Source: Candidatus Xenobia bacterium | GTDB lineage: Bacteria > Vulcanimicrobiota > Xenobia > Xenobiales > QWHO01 | Direction: 5' to 3' | Assembly (NCBI GenBank): GCA_045863235.1 | Contig: BTUM01000012.1 | Coordinates: 32,001-96,000, forward strand | Length of the DNA: 64,000 nucleotides | Part shown: one piece after another, positions 22,465 through 31,525 of the stretch | Position numbering within the stretch: the stretch's first letter is position 1 | How the letters are laid out: every line of letters starts with the position of its first letter | Translations under genes and position numbers: made by a program | Notes under the pieces: model-generated | Told to the model about the DNA's origin: nothing | The model's input: the letters and a program-made list of their open reading frames with translations, nothing else | Database searches by the model: none

Positions 22465-24047
22465 GCGGTCGGCTGGCGCTCGACTTCGGCACCTCCAACA
22501 CGGTGCTGGCCCGCTGGGACGACGTTTCGCGCAGCGCGTCCACGGTGCTGGTGCCCGACTATGGAGGCCCGCTCGGCCCCGACCTGCCCCCCGTGGTGCC
22601 CTCTCTGATCCACTACGAGCCCGAGCAGCGGCGCTGGCTGGGCCGCCAGGTGCTGCAGCAAAACCTCTACAGCTCGCCCCGCACCTTCCGCTGGATGAAG
22701 CGTTACATCGCCAACCGCTCTCCCCTCAAGCTCAAGCTGGAGGACCGCGAGGTGTCGCCGGCCGAGGCCGGACGCGACTTCCTCAGCACCCTGCTGGCCA
22801 TGGCCGTGGCCGAGCTGGGCTCGCCCGAGGAGGAAGTCGCCTTCACCCTGCCGGTGGAGTGTTTCGAGCACTACGAGGAGTGGCTGGGGAGCGTGGCCGA
22901 AACTGCCGGCATCCATCGCTTTCGCTTCATCGACGAGCCCTCGGCCGCGGCCCTGGGCTACGGCTCTCACATTCAGGCCGGAGACGTCTACCTCATCTTC
23001 GACCTGGGCGGAGGCACCCTGGACGTGTCCGCCGTCAAGGTGGAGGACCAGGATCAGGGCGGTTGGCGCCGCTGCCGCGTGCTGGGGAAGGCCGGCGCAG
23101 ACCTGGGCGGAGCCACCTTCGACCAGTGGCTGTTCGAAGAGGTACTGCGCCAGAACCAGCTCAAGGACTACGACGAAGAAGTGCGCCGGCTCAGCCGGGC
23201 CCTCCTGGTGGAATGCGAGCGGGCCAAGGAGCGGCTCTCCTTCCACCCCGAGGCCGAGATCTCGCTGATGAATCCCGACACCGGGGGAATGGTCTCGGCC
23301 CGCTTCACTCAGGCCGACTTCGAGCGCCTGCTCGATGAGAAGGAGGCTTTCCGCATCATCGACCAGACCCTGCGCCGGGCTCTTCGCGGAGCCCACGAGC
23401 GCGGCTTTGACGAGGAGAGCATCAAGAGCGTGCTGCTGGTGGGGGGCAGCACCCTGATTCCAGCCGTGCAGCGCACCCTGCACCGCATCTTCGGGCGCGA
23501 GAAGGTTTTGCTCGACCGACCTATCGACGCCGTGGCCCGGGGCGCAGCCGCCTTCGTCTCGGGCACCGACTTTTATGACCACATCCAGCACGACTATGGC
23601 ATCCGCCACGTCAACGCCTCGGGCACCTACGACTATCGCGTCATCGTGCCCCGGGGCACGGCCTACCCGACCTCCGAGCCCGTGGCCCGCCTGGTCATCA
23701 AGGGCTTCTACGACGGCCAGACCCACCTGGGGCTGGCCCTTTTCGAGCTGGGCGAGTCGCGCAAGCGCACGACCGCCGCGGGAGGGCCCATCGAGCTGGT
23801 CTTCGACGGCACCGGCGCGGCCCGGTTGCGGCCGGTCTCGGCCGACGACGAGGAGCGCCGATCGATGTTCTGGATGAACGAGAACCAGCCCACCTTCCTG
23901 GAGGCCAACCCCCCCGCCAAGAAAGGGGAGCCACGCTTCGAGGCGCTCTTTTCGGTGGATGGTAACAAGCGCTTGCTCCTGACCGCCCGGGACCTGGTGA
24001 CCGGGAAGCTGGTCTATCGCGATTATCCGGTCGTCAAGTTGAGCTGA
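22461..24047 (+). CDS. Hsp70-family protein (non-canonical DnaK paralogue)
   Basis: LDFGTSNT, DEPSAAA, FDLGGGTLD, LGGATFD, LVGGSTLIP, AVARGAA; lacks helical lid. Confidence 0.9.
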   Translation: MSGRLALDFGTSNTVLARWDDVSRSASTVLVPDYGGPLGPDLPPVVPSLIHYEPEQRRWLGRQVLQQNLYSSPRTFRWMKRYIANRSPLKLKLEDREVSPAEAGRDFLSTLLAMAVAELGSPEEEVAFTLPVECFEHYEEWLGSVAETAGIHRFRFIDEPSAAALGYGSHIQAGDVYLIFDLGGGTLDVSAVKVEDQDQGGWRRCRVLGKAGADLGGATFDQWLFEEVLRQNQLKDYDEEVRRLSRALLVECERAKERLSFHPEAEISLMNPDTGGMVSARFTQADFERLLDEKEAFRIIDQTLRRALRGAHERGFDEESIKSVLLVGGSTLIPAVQRTLHRIFGREKVLLDRPIDAVARGAAAFVSGTDFYDHIQHDYGIRHVNASGTYDYRVIVPRGTAYPTSEPVARLVIKGFYDGQTHLGLALFELGESRKRTTAAGGPIELVFDGTGAARLRPVSADDEERRSMFWMNENQPTFLEANPPAKKGEPRFEALFSVDGNKRLLLTARDLVTGKLVYRDYPVVKLS

Positions 24048-24189
24048 GCGCGGTGCGGCTCGAACAAGTTTCTTCGCCATAAGGATCAGAAAGTTAACAG
24101 GATTTGCAAAACGGCAACATCGTGGCGACCAAATCGAGCCCCTCCGGCTGGTATTCTTTGACCAGAAGAGAGCGAAAGGACGCCCATGC

Positions 24190-24297
24190 ATGAACGAGAA
24201 GCTTCTGGCACGCGGTCTTGAGAGCGGACACCTGCAGAGTTTTCCCAACCTGGTGTTGGAGCGCCTGGCCTACCTGATCGGCCAACTGGAGAGCTAG
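24190..24297 (+). CDS. candidate 35-aa small protein
   Basis: MNEKLLARGLESGHLQSFPNLVLERLAYLIGQLES; AAAGGA SD; followed by terminator. Confidence 0.5.
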   Translation: MNEKLLARGLESGHLQSFPNLVLERLAYLIGQLES

Positions 24298-24312
24298 AAT
24301 TCCTCGCTGCTG

Positions 24313-24342
24313 AAAGAGCCCGGCCTGAGGCCGGGCCTTTTT
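24313..24342. terminator. probable bidirectional intrinsic terminator
   Basis: AAAGA-GCCCGGCC-TGA-GGCCGGGC-CTTTTT between convergent ORFs. Confidence 0.8.
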
Positions 24343-25091
24343 CATTTCTGCGAGGAGCGGATCATGGCCATCAGGTACTTGCCCAGCAGCCGTATCTGCT
24401 CGGCCGACGGATCGGTGAAGCGCAGGCTGCTGACCCAGACGTCGCCGCTCTGGTGCTCGCAGCGCAGGCAGGAAGCGGCCAGCATGAGCGAGTTGAGATT
24501 GAAGGCCGGGCCCAGGCTGACGCGATAGGTCTGGCCCTGCTTGAGGCGAGAGTCGGTCTGCAAGAGCACTCCGCCGACCCCCACGTTGAGGGCACGCGCG
24601 CCCCCCACGAACTCTTCGCCCGGGATGGCGATCGAGGCGGGCAGGTCGCCCGGCACCCGAATGGCGCTTCGTTTCTGAGCCAGCATGCGCTCTTCGAATC
24701 CGAGCTCGCGCAGCACCGCCTTCACCCAGGAGCCACGCAGGTTGGCGGGGGTATCCTCGTAGCGCACTCCCACCGTGGTGTGAGGAGAGTTGCTCCCTTT
24801 GCGGGTCCAGATCACCCGACAACGCACGCGGTGATTCTTGACCCCGGCCACCTTGTGGGGATACTCGACGTGCACCTCGGCCTTCTTGTCGATCGGGTGG
24901 CGAGTGCGAAACCGCAAACCGTCCACGCCCATCTCGACCACCACCGCGTCGTGGGGTTTACGACCTGGTTGCAGCAGCTGCACTGGAATATAGCAGCGCA
25001 GGCGGACGAGCCGCCGGCGCTCTTCGTCCGGCAGGCCCGCGCGGCCCGGCAAGAGGCCCTGGATGGTTTCCAGCAATTGGCGAAGATTCAT
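24342..25091 (-). CDS. tandem PilZ-domain protein
   Basis: RRLVR...EMGVDG and RSAIR...NVGVGG (RxxxR and D/NxSxxG-like motifs). Confidence 0.8.
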   Translation of the reverse strand: MNLRQLLETIQGLLPGRAGLPDEERRRLVRLRCYIPVQLLQPGRKPHDAVVVEMGVDGLRFRTRHPIDKKAEVHVEYPHKVAGVKNHRVRCRVIWTRKGSNSPHTTVGVRYEDTPANLRGSWVKAVLRELGFEERMLAQKRSAIRVPGDLPASIAIPGEEFVGGARALNVGVGGVLLQTDSRLKQGQTYRVSLGPAFNLNSLMLAASCLRCEHQSGDVWVSSLRFTDPSAEQIRLLGKYLMAMIRSSQK

Positions 25092-25161
25092 TGGCAGGGC
25101 AGTTCGGGTCGCTCCGTCGGGGCACCTCTCCAGCAGCGGGGTCCAGTCTCAGTGAGCCCGT

Positions 25162-26163
25162 TCAGGAGCGAGGGGAGGGCCGGGGACGCTGAGGACTGGC
25201 TGTCTGGGACTGGGTGGGGGAAGGGGTGGGCGTGGGCACCCGCACCGGGGTTACCTCCACTTCGACGATGTCGTCGGAGACCAGCACCACCCCCTCGGGC
25301 ACGGTCAGCGCCACGCTGCGCCGGGTGACTTCCGAGACCTCTCCGAAGTCAATGACGGCAGTGGGGACATGATCAGGCTTGCGTACCCCCGGCCCGGTGC
25401 GCACCGAGACAAACTGAGGGATGACGTGAATCGAGTAGCGGACACCCGGCTTCTGGTCCACCCGCACGTTGGCCACCGAGACCGGCACTCCCACGCTGGC
25501 CGAGATCGACTGCAGCTCGACCGAGGCCAGCACCTTGTGGGTCCCGGTCACCGAGACCCTGGGCACCAGGCGACCATTCTCATCCACCGGAATGAGGTCG
25601 CGCACGTTCATGGTGAAGCTCTGCTGCTCGGCTGCGAGCACGATCTCGCCGCGCACCCGGTGCACGTCCTTGACGGCCGACTCGGGGCCGGTCACCTTGA
25701 CGGTAGCCGGATCCACGGCCACGTTGCCCACCACCATTCCGCTGGCAGGCTTCCCGTTCAAGACGATCTCGACGGGCACCATGCGGCTGTCCTTGCGGCT
25801 GAGCGAAAGGGTGATCTGGGCCGGCTCGGTGGCGATCAGCTCCACCCCGCCGGGAGGGATGACGCGCACCTGGCGAGGGTAGAGCCCGGGGCTCAACCCG
25901 GTGACATCCACTCGGGCCCGCACGAAGTTCTCGGGCATCTGATCGAGATCGCGGGCCTCGCCCCGAATGGTGACCCGCACGTTGCTGGGCTTGTTGTCCA
26001 CCTCGATGTCCGGGCCCAGGCCATCCACCTCGAGAGGCACCGCCAGGGTCAACTGCATGCGCACCGAGCCGGGGCCCTGCGAGATCTTGACGAACGACCA
26101 CAAGACGACGGAAACCACGATGGCCAGAATCTTCAAGGTCGTGTTCTCGCGAAAGAAGCGCAT
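25162..26163 (-). CDS. cdaR: CdaR/YbbR-domain regulator of diadenylate cyclase
   Basis: LKILAIVVSVVLWSFV anchor plus YbbR repeats; downstream of cdaA. Confidence 0.88.
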   Translation of the reverse strand: MRFFRENTTLKILAIVVSVVLWSFVKISQGPGSVRMQLTLAVPLEVDGLGPDIEVDNKPSNVRVTIRGEARDLDQMPENFVRARVDVTGLSPGLYPRQVRVIPPGGVELIATEPAQITLSLSRKDSRMVPVEIVLNGKPASGMVVGNVAVDPATVKVTGPESAVKDVHRVRGEIVLAAEQQSFTMNVRDLIPVDENGRLVPRVSVTGTHKVLASVELQSISASVGVPVSVANVRVDQKPGVRYSIHVIPQFVSVRTGPGVRKPDHVPTAVIDFGEVSEVTRRSVALTVPEGVVLVSDDIVEVEVTPVRVPTPTPSPTQSQTASPQRPRPSPRS

Positions 26164-26176
26164 GGCCGAACCTGGC

Positions 26177-27010
26177 TCAACCATTGGGTTGCTTCCCCAG
26201 CAATTGACGGATATTCACCTTGGTGGTCTCGGGAATATTCAGAAGGTGGCGGGCCAGGGCTTTCCGGACGTCGGCCTCTTCAGTCATGGCGCGGCCCAAC
26301 TCGCGATCATGGGCGATGCGCGCCTCGCCGGTCTCTTCCGACACCACCAGGACCACGGCATCGGTTTGCTCGGCGATGCCCAGGGCGGCCCGATGCCGGG
26401 TGCCGAACTTGGGGTTGACGGCGGCGTCCGAGAGGGGAAGGTAGCACTGGGCAGCCACGATGTCGGAGCCGCGCAGGATGACCGCCCCGTCGTGCAGCGG
26501 AGAGGCGGGATTGAAAATGCTCTGCAACAGCTTGGAGGAGACCCGTCCGTTGATGGCCTGACCATTCTCGATGAACTCTTGCAGGCCGGTCTCGCGCTCG
26601 AGCACGATCAGGGCGCCGTGACGCAACTGGCCCAGAGCCGAGGCGGCGTAGGCCAGCTCATCGATCAGCTTGCCCAGCTCTTCCTTGCCCATCTTGTTGA
26701 GGGCCGAGCTGGGCAGGATGCCCTGCTGACCAAGCCGCATGAGCGCACGGCGCAACTCGGGCTGGAAGATGACCGGAAGGGCCACCGCCACCGAGACCAG
26801 GAAGCCCTGCAGCAGCCAGATGGTGGTGGGAAGCCGGGCCGTGTGAGCGATCAAGAGCAGAGCCAGCAGGAACAGCACGCCCTGCATGATCTGCACCCCC
26901 CGAGTGCCTTTGAGGGCCAGCAGCAGATAGTAGAGCCCCACGGAAACAAAGGCGATGTCGAGGAAGTCGCGCCATCCGAACTGACTGACGAATTGTACCA
27001 GGATACCCAA
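26177..27010 (-). CDS. cdaA: diadenylate cyclase CdaA (start uncertain)
   Basis: Three TM helices, IFQPELRRAL, PLHDGA, GTRHRAA, VSEETG. Confidence 0.93.
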   Translation of the reverse strand: MGILVQFVSQFGWRDFLDIAFVSVGLYYLLLALKGTRGVQIMQGVLFLLALLLIAHTARLPTTIWLLQGFLVSVAVALPVIFQPELRRALMRLGQQGILPSSALNKMGKEELGKLIDELAYAASALGQLRHGALIVLERETGLQEFIENGQAINGRVSSKLLQSIFNPASPLHDGAVILRGSDIVAAQCYLPLSDAAVNPKFGTRHRAALGIAEQTDAVVLVVSEETGEARIAHDRELGRAMTEEADVRKALARHLLNIPETTKVNIRQLLGKQPNG

Positions 27011-27094
27011 GAGGTCCAGCTCCCGCCTGAGAACACAAGGCCCCGCGTTTGCTTGCAAAATTCAACCGACCGGCAGAGATAACCTTTCTGATTC

Positions 27095-27131
27095 AAAGAA
27101 AGAACCCCGGCCCATTGGACCGAGGCTCTTC
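27095..27131 (-). terminator. intrinsic terminator after speD
   Basis: Minus strand AGAGCCUCGGUCC-AAUG-GGCCGGGGUUCU followed by UUCUUU. Confidence 0.75.
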
Positions 27132-27194
27132 GAAAAGGACAGGATTCCCAAACTTTTCCGCCAGACTGCTGTAGCACGTGCCCTGGGCAGCTTT

Positions 27195-27245
27195 AGGTTG
27201 CTTTGGTACTCCTCCACACCGGCTTCGCCGCCGCTCCTGGCGACG
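27195..27245 (-). ncRNA. 3' arm of speD-bracketing RNA element
   Basis: Complementary, with G-U pairs, to 27758-27823 in the speD-sense RNA. Confidence 0.6.
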
Positions 27246-27271
27246 GCTTAGTTAACCATCGAACGCTTCTT

Positions 27272-27694
27272 TTAGCTCGCGTTCGACACCAGTCGCAGAG
27301 AGTCGTTGTGCGACTCGGCCACGACGTGGTTGAAGGAACCGAAGGGCGTTGGCACGCCCCGCTCCACCACCGTGGTGCTCATCGTTTTCGAGCCGAAGGC
27401 TTCGGCCAGATACTGACATGCGCGCCGCGGATCGGTGTGGTCTCCACAAGTGTACACATCGATCGCCGCGTAGCCATGTTCAGGCCACGTGTGAATCGCG
27501 ATGTGCGACTCGGAGAGCACCACAACCCCACTTACCCCGTGGGGGTAGAACTTGTGGAAGGCCACCTCGCGCACCGTTGCGCGGGCCTCCTTGGCTGCCC
27601 GGATCATGGCTTCCTGGACTTTTTCAAGGTCCGAGAGCACGCCCGGGTGGCAATGGGAGAGCTCTGCAATAACGTGATTACCGAGAGCTTTCAC
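27272..27694 (-). CDS. speD: S-adenosylmethionine decarboxylase proenzyme
   Basis: HKFYPHGVSGVVVLSE|SHIAIHTWPE...DVYTCG; GTG start with GAGGTG SD. Confidence 0.95.
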   Translation of the reverse strand: MKALGNHVIAELSHCHPGVLSDLEKVQEAMIRAAKEARATVREVAFHKFYPHGVSGVVVLSESHIAIHTWPEHGYAAIDVYTCGDHTDPRRACQYLAEAFGSKTMSTTVVERGVPTPFGSFNHVVAESHNDSLRLVSNAS

Positions 27695-27757
27695 TCCTAC
27701 CACCTCACTTTTCTGCTCGGGAGATCCCACCTCCAAGATGTCTCGATTTGAGAATCG

Positions 27758-27823
27758 GCCGGGAGCCGATAGCGCTATATTAGGGCTTGGGACCCCAAAT
27801 GTAAAGAGGGGCACAAAGCTACC
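27758..27823 (-). ncRNA. 5' arm of speD-bracketing RNA element
   Basis: Pairs with 27195-27245; internal hairpin UUGGG-GUCCCAAGC-CCUAA. Confidence 0.6.
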
Positions 27824-28124
27824 AACAAGCGTTTCGACGAGAATCCATGCGGGTTTGAGCAAAGGGGGGCATAACGGTCCGAACAGGGGTTCCATGGGGG
27901 GGCCAATGGGGCTTCTCAAGCCCCATGCGGGTTCCATCGTTGAACTTAATTCCATACCGCTGCGCCTCCTGTTGCCAGGCCGCATGCTCGCAGATCCTCC
28001 TGAAATTTCTCTGACAGAATTGGAGGCCAAAGTGAAGACGAGTCTGCCAGCCTGCACTGGCGCAACAGAGTGTGGGCTCGTCGCCAGGAACCTGGCCCGT
28101 CCGATGCGAAAGCGCCTCCACGCC

Positions 28125-29117
28125 ATGGAACGATTCGGGTCATATCGTCCGAGCCAGCTTCGCATCGGAGTGATCTCCGGCAAAGAGGCCTTCTCTCGGA
28201 CCCTCATCGCCGAGATCAATCGGCGCGGTCCCGAGGTCCACGCCGAGTACTGCCGCCTGTTCGAGACCCGCCTGGGTCAACCCAGCGGCTACCACGTCAT
28301 CATCGATCGACTCTCGCACGTGCTCGAGTACTACCGCCCCTACCTCAAGCACGCGGCCGTGACCGGAAGCTACATCATGAACAACCCGTTCCGGTTCCTG
28401 TCGGATGACAAGTTCTTCAACTACGCCGTGGCCACCTCACTGGGCGTGGCCATCCCCCGCACGGTGGTCTTGCCCAGCAAGGAGTATGACGAGCGGGTGC
28501 TCGAAACCGATGACCTGCACAACCTGGGCTTCCCCCTCGACTGGAAGGCCATCACCGGCTACATCGGGTTCCCGGCCGTGCTCAAACCTTACGACGGCTA
28601 CGGCTGGCGCGAGGTCTACACGGTCGAGACCCTGGAAGAGCTGATGAAGATCTATGACGACTCCATGCAAGACGTCATGATGCTCCAGGAGTTCATCGAC
28701 TGGGACCACTACGTGCGTGCCTTCGTGGTGGGCAAGCGGCACGTGATGCCCAGTCGCTACGATCCCCACGAGCGGCGCTACATCGTCGACCACGCCCACC
28801 TGAGCCCCGAGTTGGGCAGGCGCATCATCGACGACTGCATCAAGCTCAACGAGGCCCTCGGCTACGACATCAACACGGTCGAGTTCGCCATCAAGGACGG
28901 CGTGCCGTATGCCATCGACTTCATGAACCCGGTGCCCGACGCCAAGCCCGAGACGGTCACCCCGCTCTACTTCACCTGGCTGGTCAAGACGGTGGCCGAC
29001 GTGGCCATCGAGTATGCCCGTCAGGGAGCTCGCACCCCCTACCAGTTCCAGAGTGGGCCAGTCGCTCCCACCTTCATGCCGCCCCGGCTGCGTCTGCCTT
29101 CTTACCTGCCGGAGTAG
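28125..29117 (+). CDS. ATP-grasp (RimK/glutathione synthetase-like) ligase
   Basis: NNPF..DDKF, FPAVLKPYDGYGW, MLQEFI, EFA...YAIDFMNP. Confidence 0.85.
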   Translation: MERFGSYRPSQLRIGVISGKEAFSRTLIAEINRRGPEVHAEYCRLFETRLGQPSGYHVIIDRLSHVLEYYRPYLKHAAVTGSYIMNNPFRFLSDDKFFNYAVATSLGVAIPRTVVLPSKEYDERVLETDDLHNLGFPLDWKAITGYIGFPAVLKPYDGYGWREVYTVETLEELMKIYDDSMQDVMMLQEFIDWDHYVRAFVVGKRHVMPSRYDPHERRYIVDHAHLSPELGRRIIDDCIKLNEALGYDINTVEFAIKDGVPYAIDFMNPVPDAKPETVTPLYFTWLVKTVADVAIEYARQGARTPYQFQSGPVAPTFMPPRLRLPSYLPE

Positions 29118-31461
29118 GGCTGGGCTTTTTCCAGCGCAAGAAGGCGTAACTGCGGGGCGGAAGGGTCAGCTCGATGCGGCCCTCCTGTATGGTGGCTTTC
29201 TGGTCGCCCACCATGTCCTGCAGCTGCGTGCCCTCGGGAATCTGGCTCTGATCGTGCAGCTTGAAGCTCAGCTCGCGCGACTCGCTCTGGTGGTTGTTGA
29301 AGACGCACACCACCTCTTCGTCGGCACGCATCCGGCTCAGAGCATAGGTGTGCCGGCTGGCCAGAAGCTCGACCTGGTGTCCGAATTGGAGCGCCTCCGA
29401 GGAGCGCCGAGCCCCGGTCAACTCGGCAAAGCGCTTGGTCCACTGCGGGTTCTGGCCCCAGGCCATGTCGTTGCGATTCTCCGGCCCTACCCCGGTCATG
29501 CCGACCTCGGTGCCATAGTACACGTGGGGCGTGCCTCGAGCGGCCATCAGGAAGGCGGTGGCCATCTCGAGCTTGCCCAGATCGCCCTGGCAGTCGGACA
29601 TGAAGCGGATCATGTCGTGGTTGTCGAGCATGGTGCCAAGCTTGTTGGGATTGTCGTAATAAAGGTCGGCGTCGAAGGCCTTGGAGAGGTGCTCCATACT
29701 CTCCAAGCCCGGGTGGGTCAACAGCCGCAGAGCTTCCTGATTGGCGTGGCTCTTGACTGTCTTGAAGTCCTCCAGGCGCTCCTTGAGAGTGCGCTCCTCG
29801 TCCCCCGAGAAAACGTAGCGGATGCGATAGGCCAGCGGGAAGTCGAACATCGAGTCCATGGTTCGGTTCTGGTAGCCGGCCACGAAGTTGGGGTCTTGCC
29901 AGTAGGCCTCCCCGACCGCGAAGAAATCGGGATTGACGGAACGCATCTCCTGGTCGAAGCGGCGCAGGTACTCCTCGGGAACGTGGCGTACGGCGTCCAT
30001 GCGGAAGGCGGAAAGACCCGTCTCCTGGAGCCATTCCTTGTGAGCGGACAAAAGCTCTTCGGCCACTTCGGGATGAGCCTGGTGCAGGTCAGGCAGCCCG
30101 GCCAGCGACCCGTTCTCGGCCTTCCATTGCCCGGGGCCGCCAATCTTGCCGTTTTGATGGAACCAGTCGCGCTTGGAGGGGTCGTTGACCCACTCGTGGT
30201 CGTAGGCGGTGTGGTTGACCACCACGTCCAGCATCACCTTGATGTTCTTCTCGCGAGCTTTGTCGCACAGCTCCTTGAGCTTGGCCTTGTCTCCGAAGTT
30301 GGGCTCGGCCGCGCGAAAGTCGCGGGGCCAGTAGCCGTGGAAGCCATCCTTGCCGAAGAAGTCTCGCTGGTTCTCATACGGACATGAAACCCAGAGGCAG
30401 TCCACGTTGAGGCTCTGCAGATAGTCGAGCTTGTCGATCAGCCCCTGCCAGTCGCCCCCGTGAAAGCGCTCCGGGTCGCCCGCAACCACGCCCTGGTCGT
30501 TCGTCTTGTCGCCGTTCTGAAAGCGATCGGTGACGGCGTAGTAGACCAGCTTGCCCTCCCAGCGAAAGACCTGGTCGCGCCCTCCCTCCGAGGAAAGACG
30601 GCTGTGGACGCGCGTCTCGCCATCCCTGGCGGTGAGCGCCTCCAGGCGCAGCGGCTGGCCGTCCTGCCAGCCCAGCTCGCGCAGCACCTTCTTGTCCAGG
30701 TCCAGGTTGACGCGGCTGAACACGCTGGAGTGCTCGGCCTTGCCGGCGGTTGGGAGCGCGCCCTCTTGTCCATCGCAAAAGTGGAGGGTGCGATTGGTGT
30801 CAATCTTGACGGCCAGCTTGTAGCTGCCTTCCCCCTGCCAGCCGAAGGGCAGGGCGCGCTGCCCGGCCGGGGCGCCCCAATCCACCAGCACGGTGGTGTC
30901 CAGGTTGCCGTGCTCGGCTCCGGCCCGCAGGTAGGCCACCTCGGCCTGCACCTGGTAGGGCTGGTCGGCGGCTCCCTCGCGGGCATACAGCCCGGCCAGC
31001 GAGCGGGAGCTGTCGTAGCCGTCGTAAAGGCGTTCCTGCCGACCGGGGCTGCGGGCCGCCAGCAGGTGCTCGCCGCCCAGCGGGGTGGGGCGCTCCTCGA
31101 GCACGGCCTGATCGATCTTGTGCAGCATGGAGTTCCAGCGGCTGGTGAACCTGTTGCTGGCCTCGCGAGAGAGGGCCTTCAGATCGTGGATGGGCCCGGG
31201 CCAGTTGTAGCCGCCATAGCCCCCCACCAGGGCGCCCAGGGCCGCCCCGGCCGTTCCCCCGATGGCGGGGGGAATTCCCAGCGCGGCGGTGGACAGCCCC
31301 AACGCCGCCCCCACCCCGGCGCCCAGGGCCACTCCGACAGCGCCGCGAGTCCGACGCAGGCTCACCTGATCGGGGCTGGGCTCGGTGTTGGGGATCGGGG
31401 CTCGAGGCGGGCTCGAGCTCGCCGCCAGAGGCCGGAACGCCATGGTGCTCTGAACCTGCAT
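29074..31461 (-). CDS. GH13 alpha-amylase with unusual N-terminal extension
   Basis: DRFQNGD, GGDWQG, HGYW, DVVVNH, FRMDAVRH, VGEAY, DNHD. Confidence 0.92.
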   Translation of the reverse strand: MQVQSTMAFRPLAASSSPPRAPIPNTEPSPDQVSLRRTRGAVGVALGAGVGAALGLSTAALGIPPAIGGTAGAALGALVGGYGGYNWPGPIHDLKALSREASNRFTSRWNSMLHKIDQAVLEERPTPLGGEHLLAARSPGRQERLYDGYDSSRSLAGLYAREGAADQPYQVQAEVAYLRAGAEHGNLDTTVLVDWGAPAGQRALPFGWQGEGSYKLAVKIDTNRTLHFCDGQEGALPTAGKAEHSSVFSRVNLDLDKKVLRELGWQDGQPLRLEALTARDGETRVHSRLSSEGGRDQVFRWEGKLVYYAVTDRFQNGDKTNDQGVVAGDPERFHGGDWQGLIDKLDYLQSLNVDCLWVSCPYENQRDFFGKDGFHGYWPRDFRAAEPNFGDKAKLKELCDKAREKNIKVMLDVVVNHTAYDHEWVNDPSKRDWFHQNGKIGGPGQWKAENGSLAGLPDLHQAHPEVAEELLSAHKEWLQETGLSAFRMDAVRHVPEEYLRRFDQEMRSVNPDFFAVGEAYWQDPNFVAGYQNRTMDSMFDFPLAYRIRYVFSGDEERTLKERLEDFKTVKSHANQEALRLLTHPGLESMEHLSKAFDADLYYDNPNKLGTMLDNHDMIRFMSDCQGDLGKLEMATAFLMAARGTPHVYYGTEVGMTGVGPENRNDMAWGQNPQWTKRFAELTGARRSSEALQFGHQVELLASRHTYALSRMRADEEVVCVFNNHQSESRELSFKLHDQSQIPEGTQLQDMVGDQKATIQEGRIELTLPPRSYAFLRWKKPSPTPAGKKADAAGAA

Positions 31462-31525
31462 CGTCCGGAACTTTATGCTGTCCCCCTGAAAAGGCTCTGA
31501 AAGCCGGTCAGTCGAACAGGCCGGC

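Noticed and set aside
24205..24222. Sigma54 promoter TGGCAC...TTG
   Set aside because: Spacing is off by one, the -12 GC is missing, and it lies inside the small ORF.
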